From Vampirovibrionaceae bacterium NZW_1234 (GTDB lineage: Bacteria; Cyanobacteriota; Vampirovibrionia; Vampirovibrionales; JAGQHJ01), in assembly GCA_041697335.1 (NCBI GenBank), contig JBGUGD010000039.1:199410-263409 (forward strand): 64,000 bases of DNA. The letters are read 5' to 3'. Position 1 is the first letter of the stretch. Each line of letters begins with the position of its first letter. Positions 38,703 through 48,042 of this stretch are shown in pieces. The notes under the pieces are model-generated. The model saw only the letters and a list, made by a program, of their open reading frames with translations, ran no database searches and had not been told where the DNA came from. A program made the translations under genes and the position numbers.

Positions 38703-41378
38703 ATGAAGTTATCCGGCGCTGATATTCGCTCTCAATTTATTCGCTACTTTAAGGAAACCCATGGCCACCTCCATGTGCCAAGCGCCAGTCTTGTCCCCAG
38801 CAACCCGACTGTGTTGCTGACCCCTGCCGGAATGCTTCCCTTTGTCCCGGTGTTTTTGGGAATTGAACCCCCACCCTCGCCCCCCCGTGTTGTGTCGGTG
38901 CAAAAGTGTGCTCGTGTCAGCGGCAAAGCCTCCGACTTGGAATACGTCGGCCGTACACCACGGCATCATACGTTCTTCGAGATGCTCGGCAACTTCAGCT
39001 TTGGCGATTATTTTAAAGAAGAGGCCATTCAGTTTGCCTGGACCTTTGTCACTCAGGTCCTGGAACTGCCCATCTCCCGCCTGTGGGTTACTGTTTTCCA
39101 TTCCGATGACGAGGCCCGCAACATCTGGCATGAAAAAATCGGGCTCGCCCACGAGCGCATCTTGTCTCGCGGTGAAAAAGACAATTTCTGGGGCCCACCC
39201 GGCCCGACCGGCCCCTGCGGCCCCTGTACCGAAATCTTCTATGATCGGGGTGAAACCTACGCGTGCGGTCCAAACTGTGCCCTTGAACTGTGTGACTGTG
39301 ATCGCTACGTTGAAATTTGGAACCTAGTCTTTATGGAGTTGTTCAAGGACGCCGAAGGCCAATGCAGCCCACTGGAGAAGAAAAATGTCGACACCGGCAT
39401 GGGCTTGGAACGCATTGCCATGGTCGTTCAGGGTGTGGAAAACACCTTTGAAACGGATCTGTTGTTCCCCATCGTGAAAAAAGTAGCGGATCTCACGGGC
39501 CATCGCTACCATGCCGATCCGGAAACCGACGTGACTTTAAAAATTGTCACCGATCACATGCGCTGTGTTACCTTTGCCATTGCTGACGGCATCGTTCCCA
39601 GCAACGAAGGGCGGGGCTATATTATCCGCATGATCTTGCGTCGTGGCATCCGATACGCAAAAAAACTGGGAATGCAAGAGCCGATGCTCTTTAAACTCGT
39701 CTCGACCATTCGAGATCTCTACCAAGAGGCGTATCCGGAGTTAAAAGAACAGTATTCGTTTATTGTGGACACCATCAAAGCGGAAGAACGCCGGTTTTTG
39801 GAAACCCTGGAGCGGGGCTCGAAAATGTTGGATGACCTGATTGCCCAGGCCAAAACCGAACAGAAATCGCAACTCAAGGGTGAAGACGCCTTTAAACTGT
39901 ATGACACCTATGGGTTCCCGGTAGAGCTCACATCCGAATTGGCTGCGGAAGCAGGACTCAGCATTGATACTGAAGGCTTTGAGTCGGCCATGGAAGCCCA
40001 ACGCGAGAAGGCCCGAGCCGCTCAAGGCGATAAAACCATCGTGGGCGACCAGGTGTTTGCAGAGATCCTCTCTACTCATGGCGCCACGCGCTTTCTGGGT
40101 TACGACACCCTGGACAGTGAGGCTCGCATTGTGGCCATTCTAAGCCAGGGCAAGCAAGTTTCGGAATTTGGCGGCACCAACCAGCCCTTTGAAATTATCC
40201 TGGACCAAACCCCGTTCTACGGGGAATCCGGCGGCCAAGTGGGCGATCGAGGCATTTTCTACATTCCCCAAGGCCAGAAAGCACAAACCGTGGTGGTCAA
40301 AGACACCAAAAAAGTAGGTGAGTTGATTGTCCATCACTGTCTTTTTGATCAAGGGGGCAGCGTCAGCGTGGGTCAAACGGTCCAAGCCGAAGTGAATCCC
40401 GACAGCCGCCTTCGAGCGGCCCGCCACCACTCCGCCACCCACCTGGTCCATGCGGCGCTCAAAACCATCCTGGGCACTCATGTCAGCCAGGCTGGCTCCT
40501 ATGTCAGCCCGGACGGGGCCCGCTTCGACTTTACCTTCCAACGGGCCATGACATCCGAAGAGTTACGGCAATTGGAAATGATGGTCAACACCTGGGTACT
40601 CAGCAACACAAGCCGGGATACCTTGGTGACCGACATCGAAACAGCAAAGGCCGATGGGGCCGTTGCCATGTTCAACGAGAAATACGGTGACTCAGTGCGT
40701 GTTGTCAGCTTTGGCCACCACAGCAAGGAACTCTGCGGCGGCACCCACGTAGATCGCCTCGGCGATATCGGTCTCATTAAAATTACCTCCGAAGGGGCCA
40801 TTGCAGCCGGCGTAAGGCGGCTCGAGTTTGTCGCCGGGGACCTCGCACTGCATCAGATGCTGGGCACCCAAATTGAGCTGGAAAAAGCGGCAACGCTCTT
40901 AAAAGTGCCTCAACCGGAGCTGGTCCCCCGAATCGAAAAGCTGCTGGATGAACGCAAACTGTTGGATCGCCAACTGAAAAGCGTCCAAGAGAAAATCGCC
41001 CTGGCACACATTCATGAATTGATTGCCCAAGCAGGCACTCAGGCCCAGAGCATTATTAAACACGTGGACGTCGCCAGCGGGGAAACCCTGAAGTTTATGG
41101 CCGACACTCTGGCACAGCGCCTTCCGCAGACGCTTATCTTTTTGGCGGCAAATATTGACGGCAAGGCCCAGCTCATTGCAGCGGTGCCTCAGACCTGGCA
41201 AGAGCGAGGCATTAAAGCCGGAGACCTCGTCAAACAAGCCGCTACACTCTGTGGCGGCGGCGGCGGTGGTAAGCCTAACTTCGCCCAAGCGGGTGGCAAG
41301 GATGCTGAAAAAATTCCGGAAGCCTTGGCCTTGGTCCAAAATTTGTTACAATCTGCCCCCAGCGCTGCCTCGCGCTAA
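38703..41378 (+). CDS. alaS: Alanine--tRNA ligase
   Basis: RHHTFFEMLGNFSFGDYFK, GPCGPCTE, DTGMGLER, HSATHL, ELCGGTHV, GGGGG..AQAGG. Confidence 0.98.
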   Translation: MKLSGADIRSQFIRYFKETHGHLHVPSASLVPSNPTVLLTPAGMLPFVPVFLGIEPPPSPPRVVSVQKCARVSGKASDLEYVGRTPRHHTFFEMLGNFSFGDYFKEEAIQFAWTFVTQVLELPISRLWVTVFHSDDEARNIWHEKIGLAHERILSRGEKDNFWGPPGPTGPCGPCTEIFYDRGETYACGPNCALELCDCDRYVEIWNLVFMELFKDAEGQCSPLEKKNVDTGMGLERIAMVVQGVENTFETDLLFPIVKKVADLTGHRYHADPETDVTLKIVTDHMRCVTFAIADGIVPSNEGRGYIIRMILRRGIRYAKKLGMQEPMLFKLVSTIRDLYQEAYPELKEQYSFIVDTIKAEERRFLETLERGSKMLDDLIAQAKTEQKSQLKGEDAFKLYDTYGFPVELTSELAAEAGLSIDTEGFESAMEAQREKARAAQGDKTIVGDQVFAEILSTHGATRFLGYDTLDSEARIVAILSQGKQVSEFGGTNQPFEIILDQTPFYGESGGQVGDRGIFYIPQGQKAQTVVVKDTKKVGELIVHHCLFDQGGSVSVGQTVQAEVNPDSRLRAARHHSATHLVHAALKTILGTHVSQAGSYVSPDGARFDFTFQRAMTSEELRQLEMMVNTWVLSNTSRDTLVTDIETAKADGAVAMFNEKYGDSVRVVSFGHHSKELCGGTHVDRLGDIGLIKITSEGAIAAGVRRLEFVAGDLALHQMLGTQIELEKAATLLKVPQPELVPRIEKLLDERKLLDRQLKSVQEKIALAHIHELIAQAGTQAQSIIKHVDVASGETLKFMADTLAQRLPQTLIFLAANIDGKAQLIAAVPQTWQERGIKAGDLVKQAATLCGGGGGGKPNFAQAGGKDAEKIPEALALVQNLLQSAPSAASR

Positions 41379-41426
41379 GGCCATCGCATGACGCATGCGA
41401 CACGTTAGCCAACGGTTTTTAGAACA

Positions 41427-41462
41427 TGCCCTTGGCCCATGGACGATGGGCCAAGGGTATTT
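41427..41462 (+). terminator. Hairpin terminator after alaS
   Basis: CCCTTGGCCCAT/ATGGGCCAAGGG stem followed by TATTT. Confidence 0.6.
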
Positions 41463-41686
41463 ACTATGACAGGTATAGCATTTTTGACGACATTTTCGTG
41501 AAGAACAAAACATTGCATTCATGGGCACTTACACCATCAATATAGGGGCAATGAGTCATCCATCAGAACAAAGCAAAGACACGATCTGCAAAATTCACAT
41601 TGCAAAAGTCTTTTGGCTGTCAAGAAAATTTATCCACAAATCAGCCTCATCATTATATTTTGAATTCAGATTTTAAAACCACTGGA

Positions 41687-41713
41687 TAAAGATTAGGTAA
41701 AGAATTCCGATCA
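41687..41713 (+). promoter_or_regulatory. Putative sigma28-type promoter upstream of porin (TATAAT also at 41731-41736)
   Basis: TAAAGATT-N11-TCCGATCA. Confidence 0.5.
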
Positions 41714-41960
41714 GACTGGTTTCACCTTTTTATAATGTTCGCAGGTTTGGTGTCTAAAATGCCAAATCCGATGCTTACATCCAACACAAATTTTCCCGGA
41801 GAGAGACAGGAGGTGATCGGGTCTAAAGCCCAACCAGTAGGAGGTTACAAAAGCTCCAAGATTTGATAGGAAATCGGTTTTCAGCATCACAAGGTTTAAT
41901 TGTTAGAAGATAGTAACTAGAAGCATATAATCGGTAAGTTAAATAATAGGAGTACTGTTT

Positions 41961-43850
41961 ATGTCTCGGAGAAAAGTAGCACCTTGGCTGTTAGCAGCTA
42001 GCGTGTTCTTAACAGGGGCCACCGGCATCCTGGCTGGTGCTTTTACCCCGGCTAACGCTATCACCAGCGTAGAAGAGTTGCGTGATGTCGATACCTCCGG
42101 CTGGGCCTACCAGGCTTTGGCTGATCTCGTTGAGAAATATGACGTGATCGAAGGCTACCCGGATCACACCTTTAAAGGGAACCGCAACGCAACCCGTTAC
42201 GAAATGGCTGCTGCCCTCAACGCTTTGATCAAAGCTGTTGGTCGTGACTTGGCTCGCTTGGGCGCTGAAAAAGCAAACAAGTCTGATTTGGCTACCTTGG
42301 CTAAATTGCAAGAAGAGTTCCGCAACGAATTGGCTGCCTTGAATGCAAAAGAAGCTGCCCTGGAATCCAGAGCTTCTGCCATCGAAGCGAAAAACAACGA
42401 GCAAGACAAGCGTTTGGACTTGCTGGAAAAAACCCAACTCCATGGTGACTTGTCCTTGGGCTTGTTGGCTGACTGGGGCGATTCCGGTCAAGCCACCACC
42501 GGTAACGACGGTATTACCGACAGCATCGGTGTTTTGGGTCGTTTCCGTTTAGGCTTGAAAGTGCCTGTGTACCCTGGCTATGACAACTCCTCCGTTGGCG
42601 AAGGGGATGTGATTGCCCGTTTGGTTGGCGCTTTCGGTCGTTGGACCCCTGCTAACGTGAACTCCACTGGCAGCACCAACCCGTTCCCCATCGCTGGCTA
42701 CTCTGCCATTGCTGGTAACTCTTCGTTCTACAACGAAGGTGTTCGTCCGGATTCCTACACCTTGGGCAGCGCTTTAAACGGTAACGGTGGTTTTACGGCT
42801 GGCTTGAACACCCGTCAGAACCTGTACGTTGAAAGTGCATTCTACAAACAGCACTTCAAGCCCGGTATCCCGGTCTTGTCCGAGCTGCCCTTCACCCCGG
42901 ACAACGACAAGTTCCGGACCACCTCCGACTTGTACGCCGGTATCATTCCCTGGAGAAACCTGTTTGACCGCAGCCCGTACCGTGGTGACGAACTGAACCA
43001 GTTCCAAAACACCGCGCTGGTGAACAACCAAGGCTTCCTGGTCAACAACGTTGCTCCGACCATCGCTCTGGCTTGGCACCAAGGGTTGGGCAACCACCTC
43101 AGTGCTGACCTGACCGGCGCTGTGAGCACCTTTGATACAGCCGACGTTATGAACGGGTTCAACGTAACTGAAGAATTGAACTTCAACTACGACACCGCGT
43201 TCCTCGGCCCGAACTACACCAAGCCGGGTTCGATCTACGTCGGTGGGTACCACATCTTCTTTAACGGCGACTCAACCTTAAGCCAAATTGTAGGTAATGT
43301 TGCCAACCGGAACGGTGCGCTCTTGTTCCCTGGAGCAACTGGCAACCGTGACCAACTCAACGCCTTCTTCTGGGGCTGGAACCAAGAATGGTGGCGTGGT
43401 ATTGGTACCTCCTTCAACTGGGTTATCAACCAAAACAGTCCGTACAACAGCTTGATCAGCTCTCTGCGTAACGGCACCGGTGTCAATGCTGCTCTGCACA
43501 ACACTGCTTTGAGCGGTACCCCGGCTCGGATCGTAGGTGTCCAACAAGCCATCAGCACCACGTTGACTGTTCCTCTGACCGTGTTCAACAAAGACCTGAC
43601 CGCTCGTGCAAAAGACGTGTTGGGCTTTGGCTACAGCTGGATCAGACCGAACGAACAGGGTGATGCCACCACTGGCGTTGGTACTGACATTGACAGCACC
43701 GATGAGCACATCTTCGAAGGCTTCTACCGTTGGGTTGTGAACGACAGCATCAGCATCGTTCCCAGCGTTCAAGCCATCGTAAACCGCTTCGGTGTTGAGC
43801 AAAACGGTACCGTTTGGGTACTCGGCTTGAGAACCAACTACGTATTCTAG
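41961..43850 (+). CDS. SLH-domain outer membrane porin (cyanobacterial SomA/OprB type)
   Basis: DVDTSGWAYQAL..LVEKY..GYPDHTFKGNRNATRYEMAA (SLH), coiled coil LQEEFRNEL, beta-barrel ending LRTNYVF. Confidence 0.9.
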   Translation: MSRRKVAPWLLAASVFLTGATGILAGAFTPANAITSVEELRDVDTSGWAYQALADLVEKYDVIEGYPDHTFKGNRNATRYEMAAALNALIKAVGRDLARLGAEKANKSDLATLAKLQEEFRNELAALNAKEAALESRASAIEAKNNEQDKRLDLLEKTQLHGDLSLGLLADWGDSGQATTGNDGITDSIGVLGRFRLGLKVPVYPGYDNSSVGEGDVIARLVGAFGRWTPANVNSTGSTNPFPIAGYSAIAGNSSFYNEGVRPDSYTLGSALNGNGGFTAGLNTRQNLYVESAFYKQHFKPGIPVLSELPFTPDNDKFRTTSDLYAGIIPWRNLFDRSPYRGDELNQFQNTALVNNQGFLVNNVAPTIALAWHQGLGNHLSADLTGAVSTFDTADVMNGFNVTEELNFNYDTAFLGPNYTKPGSIYVGGYHIFFNGDSTLSQIVGNVANRNGALLFPGATGNRDQLNAFFWGWNQEWWRGIGTSFNWVINQNSPYNSLISSLRNGTGVNAALHNTALSGTPARIVGVQQAISTTLTVPLTVFNKDLTARAKDVLGFGYSWIRPNEQGDATTGVGTDIDSTDEHIFEGFYRWVVNDSISIVPSVQAIVNRFGVEQNGTVWVLGLRTNYVF

Positions 43851-43880
43851 TCCTGGTTTAAAGCCTAGCTGAAAACCTCG

Positions 43881-43963
43881 AAAAGGCGAGATCTTCGGAT
43901 CTCGCCTTTTCCCTTGGGAACCCTTGCGAGAGGAACGGCAGATTTTGCCGTTCCTCTCGTTTT
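43881..43963 (+). terminator. Tandem hairpin terminators after porin
   Basis: AAAAGGCGAGATC-ttcg-GATCTCGCCTTTT and CGAGAGGAACGGCA/TGCCGTTCCTCTCG followed by T residues. Confidence 0.8.
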
Positions 43964-44116
43964 GAGAGCGCTGAATCTGGGATCCAGATGCCCCCGTGCC
44001 ACGATGAGTGCCTGCTCTGAGGCGCACAGCAGCGAACACGCGTTAAACGTTGAGCCAGAGAGAAAAGAACCCTGATCAAACCTTCTGTAAAACCACTCAC
44101 AACAAGGCGAGACGGC

Positions 44117-44851
44117 TTAGAGTTCGTACATTAAGACTTTTTCACGTTCTTTAAACGCATACAGTTGGGCGGGTCGATGATAGCCGTCCATTTTGGTTTC
44201 TTCAGTTTCCACCACAATGCCCGAAGACAGGATCTTCTTGCGGAAATTTCGTTTATCCAGTTTCTTGGCCAAAATCAGCTCATAGACCCGCTGCAATTCG
44301 GTTAAAGTAAACTTTTCAGGCAAAAGCTGAAAAGAGATATTGGAGTCCTTCATTTGGGCTTTCAGGCGATCCCAGGCACGCTGGACAATTTCCTGGTGGT
44401 CGAAGGCCAATTCGGGCAATTGGGAGATGTCCAACCAACGGACGTCTTCCGCATTGGCCTTCGCCTCCAACTTCAGGCGCTCGGCACTGATTAAGGCATA
44501 GTAGGCAACCGTAATAACCCGGGCCCGAGGGTCACGATTGGGGCCGCCAAAAGAATACAACTGCTCAAGATAAATGTCTTGCACATTGGTCTCTTCATAG
44601 AGTTGGCGTTGGGCTGCGTCTTCCAAGGTCTCACCCACGCGGATAAACCCCCCGGGAATCGCCCACATATGCTGAAAGGGTGGGCGCTTACGCTGAATCA
44701 ACAGAACCTTGAGTTTCCCGCCTTCAATGGTAAACAGCACAATGTCCACCGTGACCAAGGGGGTTTCATAGGTCGCCAGCATCTTATCACCGGAGCCTTC
44801 AGGGCCGTGCTTGCTGGCTTGAATCTGATCAATAAAACTGTCGGTTGCCAT
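44117..44851 (-). CDS. nrtR: NrtR-family Nudix-related transcriptional regulator
   Basis: VTVDIVLF, RDPRARVITVAY, LAFDH, FTLTELQRVYE, DKRNFRKK winged HTH. Confidence 0.85.
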   Translation of the reverse strand: MATDSFIDQIQASKHGPEGSGDKMLATYETPLVTVDIVLFTIEGGKLKVLLIQRKRPPFQHMWAIPGGFIRVGETLEDAAQRQLYEETNVQDIYLEQLYSFGGPNRDPRARVITVAYYALISAERLKLEAKANAEDVRWLDISQLPELAFDHQEIVQRAWDRLKAQMKDSNISFQLLPEKFTLTELQRVYELILAKKLDKRNFRKKILSSGIVVETEETKMDGYHRPAQLYAFKEREKVLMYEL

Positions 44852-45049
44852 TCAGATGGGCATCTCCTTGAGTCAAGTGGGAAAGGCGGGCAAGTAAGAT
44901 GTATTCCGAATACTCCAAGCCCAAAAGAACACCCCAGATGGATGCTATCCTCATCTTAGCTTAAATTCTTCAAATCGCAAACAGCCATTTCAAAGGTTTA
45001 GCGTCTTTACCAATCGCATTGAAAACGAAGGCCGAGACCCGTTCGCCCC

Positions 45050-45631
45050 TTACAGCTTATAGGCGACCAGTTGGCCATTGGGCGTCTCCAGTTCCGCTAC
45101 CAAAAAGCCCGAATGCTCGGCCATATAGGTCAAAAAATCGCTCATCGAGTCCCGATGCGAGTGGGTATTATCGGCAATGAGAACAGCCCCTGGTGGCATC
45201 ATGGCTTCAAGACATTGGACATAGGGAAGGTATTCCTGTTTGGCCGCATCCAGAAAAACCATGTCAAAGACCCGCCCTTCCTGTGCGAATCGGGCGAGTG
45301 TTTCCAGAGCAGGGCCTAAGTGAAAACGAACCCTCTCCGAAAGACCCGCTTCAGCCACATGAGAAATGGCTTGGGCCTGGCGAGCTTCAAAATACTCCAG
45401 AGTATCCACAACACCGTTCGTTTGACTCATAGCATACGCGAACCATAGGGTCGAATACCCAATGGACGTTCCAATTTCACAAACACGCCGAGCCTTGGTG
45501 GCAAGCGCCATGGTTGCCAGAAAGCGTCCCGTCTGAGGAGGCACACACCAATGATCGGTCAATTGGCCGGGTGTGTCTTCCAAGCGTCGAATCACAGCCA
45601 TCGCAGGCGTATCCACTATGGTCTTCATCAT
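45050..45631 (-). CDS. Class I SAM-dependent O-methyltransferase
   Basis: EIGTSIGYST, FDMVFLDAAK, IADN. Confidence 0.9.
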   Translation of the reverse strand: MMKTIVDTPAMAVIRRLEDTPGQLTDHWCVPPQTGRFLATMALATKARRVCEIGTSIGYSTLWFAYAMSQTNGVVDTLEYFEARQAQAISHVAEAGLSERVRFHLGPALETLARFAQEGRVFDMVFLDAAKQEYLPYVQCLEAMMPPGAVLIADNTHSHRDSMSDFLTYMAEHSGFLVAELETPNGQLVAYKL

Positions 45632-46488
45632 GATGAGGCTCCTTCTGTTATCCCCAAATCGCTGGGGGCGTTAGGATCATAATAGGCAATGATGGCAGAG
45701 GCTAATCCTTCCAGGGACGCGTGTCGGGCTTCGATATCAACGCGCCCCAAAGACTGACGAAGCGTCTGGGCAGTCTGAGGCCCCAGCGCAGCCAACGAGA
45801 TCCGTGACAACCACCCGGGGGGATCCGGGAGATGCGACTGCATGACGTCCTGAAAGTATCGAACGGCAGAGGAGCTGGCAAAGGTAATGACATCCACCTC
45901 ATCGTGACGTAAGGCCGAGGCCAAGCGCTGCAGTTCCGGACCCAGCGGAGCTTGAATCGTTCGATAGACAGTCACGCGTGTCACCATGGCCCCATGTTGC
46001 GCCAATGCTTCCTGAAGGGTATCTTGCGCCAAATCCGCCTGGGGCAGCAATACCCGACAGGCGGCTAAATCCGGGACAGACGTCACCATGGCCTGAAAGA
46101 GACCCTCAGCCGTTTGATGCTCAGGAATCAGATCGACACTGGCTCCCTGTGCCCTTACAGTATCGGCTGTAACCTGCCCAACAGCCGCAATGCGACATCG
46201 CGAAAACACCCGGTAATCATGGCCGAGTTCAGCCAAATGCCGATAAGTCCATATCACGGCATTCGGACTGGTAAAAATCAACCAATCTGTAGAATCCAGC
46301 CCACCAAACGCCTGCGTCACCATGGCCATATCCTCGGGCGGGGCAAACGCCAATACCGGACAAGACAAGACCTGGGCACCCAGGGCCTCAAAGCAAGCGA
46401 TCCAGGACTGAGCCTGCCCCGACTCTCGGGTGATCACCACAGTTTTTCCGGATAAAGGTTGAAAATTCATATAACCAGGTGGGGACAT
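45628..46488 (-). CDS. hemD: Uroporphyrinogen-III synthase
   Basis: VVITR, IFTSPNAV, AAVGQVT, VYRT, FASSSAV, LGPQTA. Confidence 0.92.
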   Translation of the reverse strand: MSPPGYMNFQPLSGKTVVITRESGQAQSWIACFEALGAQVLSCPVLAFAPPEDMAMVTQAFGGLDSTDWLIFTSPNAVIWTYRHLAELGHDYRVFSRCRIAAVGQVTADTVRAQGASVDLIPEHQTAEGLFQAMVTSVPDLAACRVLLPQADLAQDTLQEALAQHGAMVTRVTVYRTIQAPLGPELQRLASALRHDEVDVITFASSSAVRYFQDVMQSHLPDPPGWLSRISLAALGPQTAQTLRQSLGRVDIEARHASLEGLASAIIAYYDPNAPSDLGITEGASS

Positions 46489-46556
46489 GGCCTTCCAGGC
46501 TGACTACAATGGAGCATGCCCTGGATAGTATACCCCAAATGCGGAAGGCCTAAAAC

Positions 46557-47009
46557 GTGAACCCCGAACGAGCCATTGCATACCGCAAACAAGCCAGCGG
46601 GTTAATTGAAGCCGTCATTAACGAAGAGATTTCGCCACGAGCCGCGCTAAACTGCTGGCCAATGGCAGGAAACGAAGATCCCTCGGTTCAATGTGCCTAT
46701 ACCATGCTGTGGTATTTCGAAGCCGATGAGGACCGCCACAAAGAGGAAGAGTATTACGCAGATCTACAGATTAAAACACTTTTGGAAACCGCCCAATGCC
46801 TAAAGCGCGGCGAAGTCCTGCCTCACGCCCTCATCAAGGAATATGCCACGGCACTGGCCCCCAGTGAATATGCTGCCAGTTGGACCTGGCGAGAGCCATG
46901 GCTTTGGTTCAAACACGGCTGGGCGTTTTTAAAGCAAATCATCGAGACCAACCCGTGGGTAACCCACCCGGTCTCCCGGCGAAAAAGCAAAAGCCCCCTT
47001 AAAAAATAA
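46557..47009 (+). CDS. Hypothetical protein
   Basis: 150-aa ORF, GAAGG upstream, ends in a bidirectional hairpin. Confidence 0.65.
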   Translation: MNPERAIAYRKQASGLIEAVINEEISPRAALNCWPMAGNEDPSVQCAYTMLWYFEADEDRHKEEEYYADLQIKTLLETAQCLKRGEVLPHALIKEYATALAPSEYAASWTWREPWLWFKHGWAFLKQIIETNPWVTHPVSRRKSKSPLKK

Positions 47010-47018
47010 GGGGGCTTT
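46990..47018. terminator. Bidirectional terminator
   Basis: AAAGCCCCCTTA/TAAGGGGGCTTT between convergent genes. Confidence 0.7.
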
Positions 47019-47047
47019 CGAAATAAAGCTTCGAGTTAAAGTAAGTC

Positions 47048-47320
47048 CTAGTGACCTTCTTTAGCAGCTTCTTCAGCGTGGCTAGCAGCATCTTCTGCAT
47101 GTTCAGCAGCAGCACCAGCAGCTTCGGCAGCGTTACCAGCTTCTTCAGCAGCTTCTTCAGCGGGAGCAGCTTCTTCAGCAGGAGCAGCAGCGTTACCAGC
47201 TTCTTCGGTAGCAGCGTTGCCAGCTTCCGGGGATTCAGCAGGCTTGTTGCAGCCGGTCAAGAAACCAACAGACAAGAAAGCACCCAATAAAACGGACAGG
47301 GTCAAAGTTTTGAAATTCAC
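47048..47320 (-). CDS. Small Ala/Glu-rich lipoprotein
   Basis: GAGGAG RBS, lipobox LTGC, EEAGNAA and EEAAPA repeats. Confidence 0.8.
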   Translation of the reverse strand: MNFKTLTLSVLLGAFLSVGFLTGCNKPAESPEAGNAATEEAGNAAAPAEEAAPAEEAAEEAGNAAEAAGAAAEHAEDAASHAEEAAKEGH

Positions 47321-47649
47321 CTTAGAGTTCTCCTCAAATTTTACGGCTGTACTGTAACAAGATCACATACTTACATCGTCAACACGGTTTGAAAAACGTT
47401 TTCCCAGTATCCGAACCTTTCCTTTCCGACCAGGCGGTTGCACAAAGCAGCAACTCAGGCACAAAGGCTTCTCCGAAGAGAAGAGCGGCTCTCTACTCTA
47501 ATCCCAGTCAGTGGGACAGTACACAAAACAAGATTTGATAAGATAGGTTACATCAAAGGTTTTCAGCTTGTATTAAATACCAGGCCCGCTAAAGGGGTCA
47601 ATAGCCATCCAGATTAAGGTTTTATAAAGGAACATAAGGATATCAGCCG

Positions 47650-47970
47650 ATGTCAAACCCTCGTGTTGTCTTGATCACTGTACCAAACGAAGAGGTCGCC
47701 AAAACGCTCTCTCACGGACTTGTCTCCGAAGGATTGGCGGCTTGCGTGAACATCATCCCGGGCATTCACTCCATATACCGATGGGAAGGAGCGATTCAAC
47801 AGGACACCGAACATTTGCTCCTCTGTAAAACGGATCTCAGCTGTTGGGCGTCATTTGAAGCTTGGGTTAAAGCACATCACCCCTACACCGTTCCCGAGAT
47901 AATTCAGCTGCCTATTACGGAAGGATCAGCCCCTTATCTTGCGTGGATACTTTCATCCCTGCAGCAATGA
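47650..47970 (+). CDS. cutA: Divalent-cation tolerance protein CutA
   Basis: LAACVNI, SIYRWEG, HPYTVPEI. Confidence 0.95.
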   Translation: MSNPRVVLITVPNEEVAKTLSHGLVSEGLAACVNIIPGIHSIYRWEGAIQQDTEHLLLCKTDLSCWASFEAWVKAHHPYTVPEIIQLPITEGSAPYLAWILSSLQQ

Positions 47971-48042
47971 ATGTTACAATGGATCAGCCAACCGTGTATG
48001 TGTCATCAATACAAGTGAGTCTAGCAGGAAGGAAGATAGAAG

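Noticed and set aside
43964..44000. c-di-AMP riboswitch (GCGCTGAATC start)
   Set aside because: The following GGAACC and GGGG elements are absent and there is no downstream same-strand gene
43278..44039. 253-aa minus-strand ORF
   Set aside because: Antisense to the porin and runs through terminator hairpins
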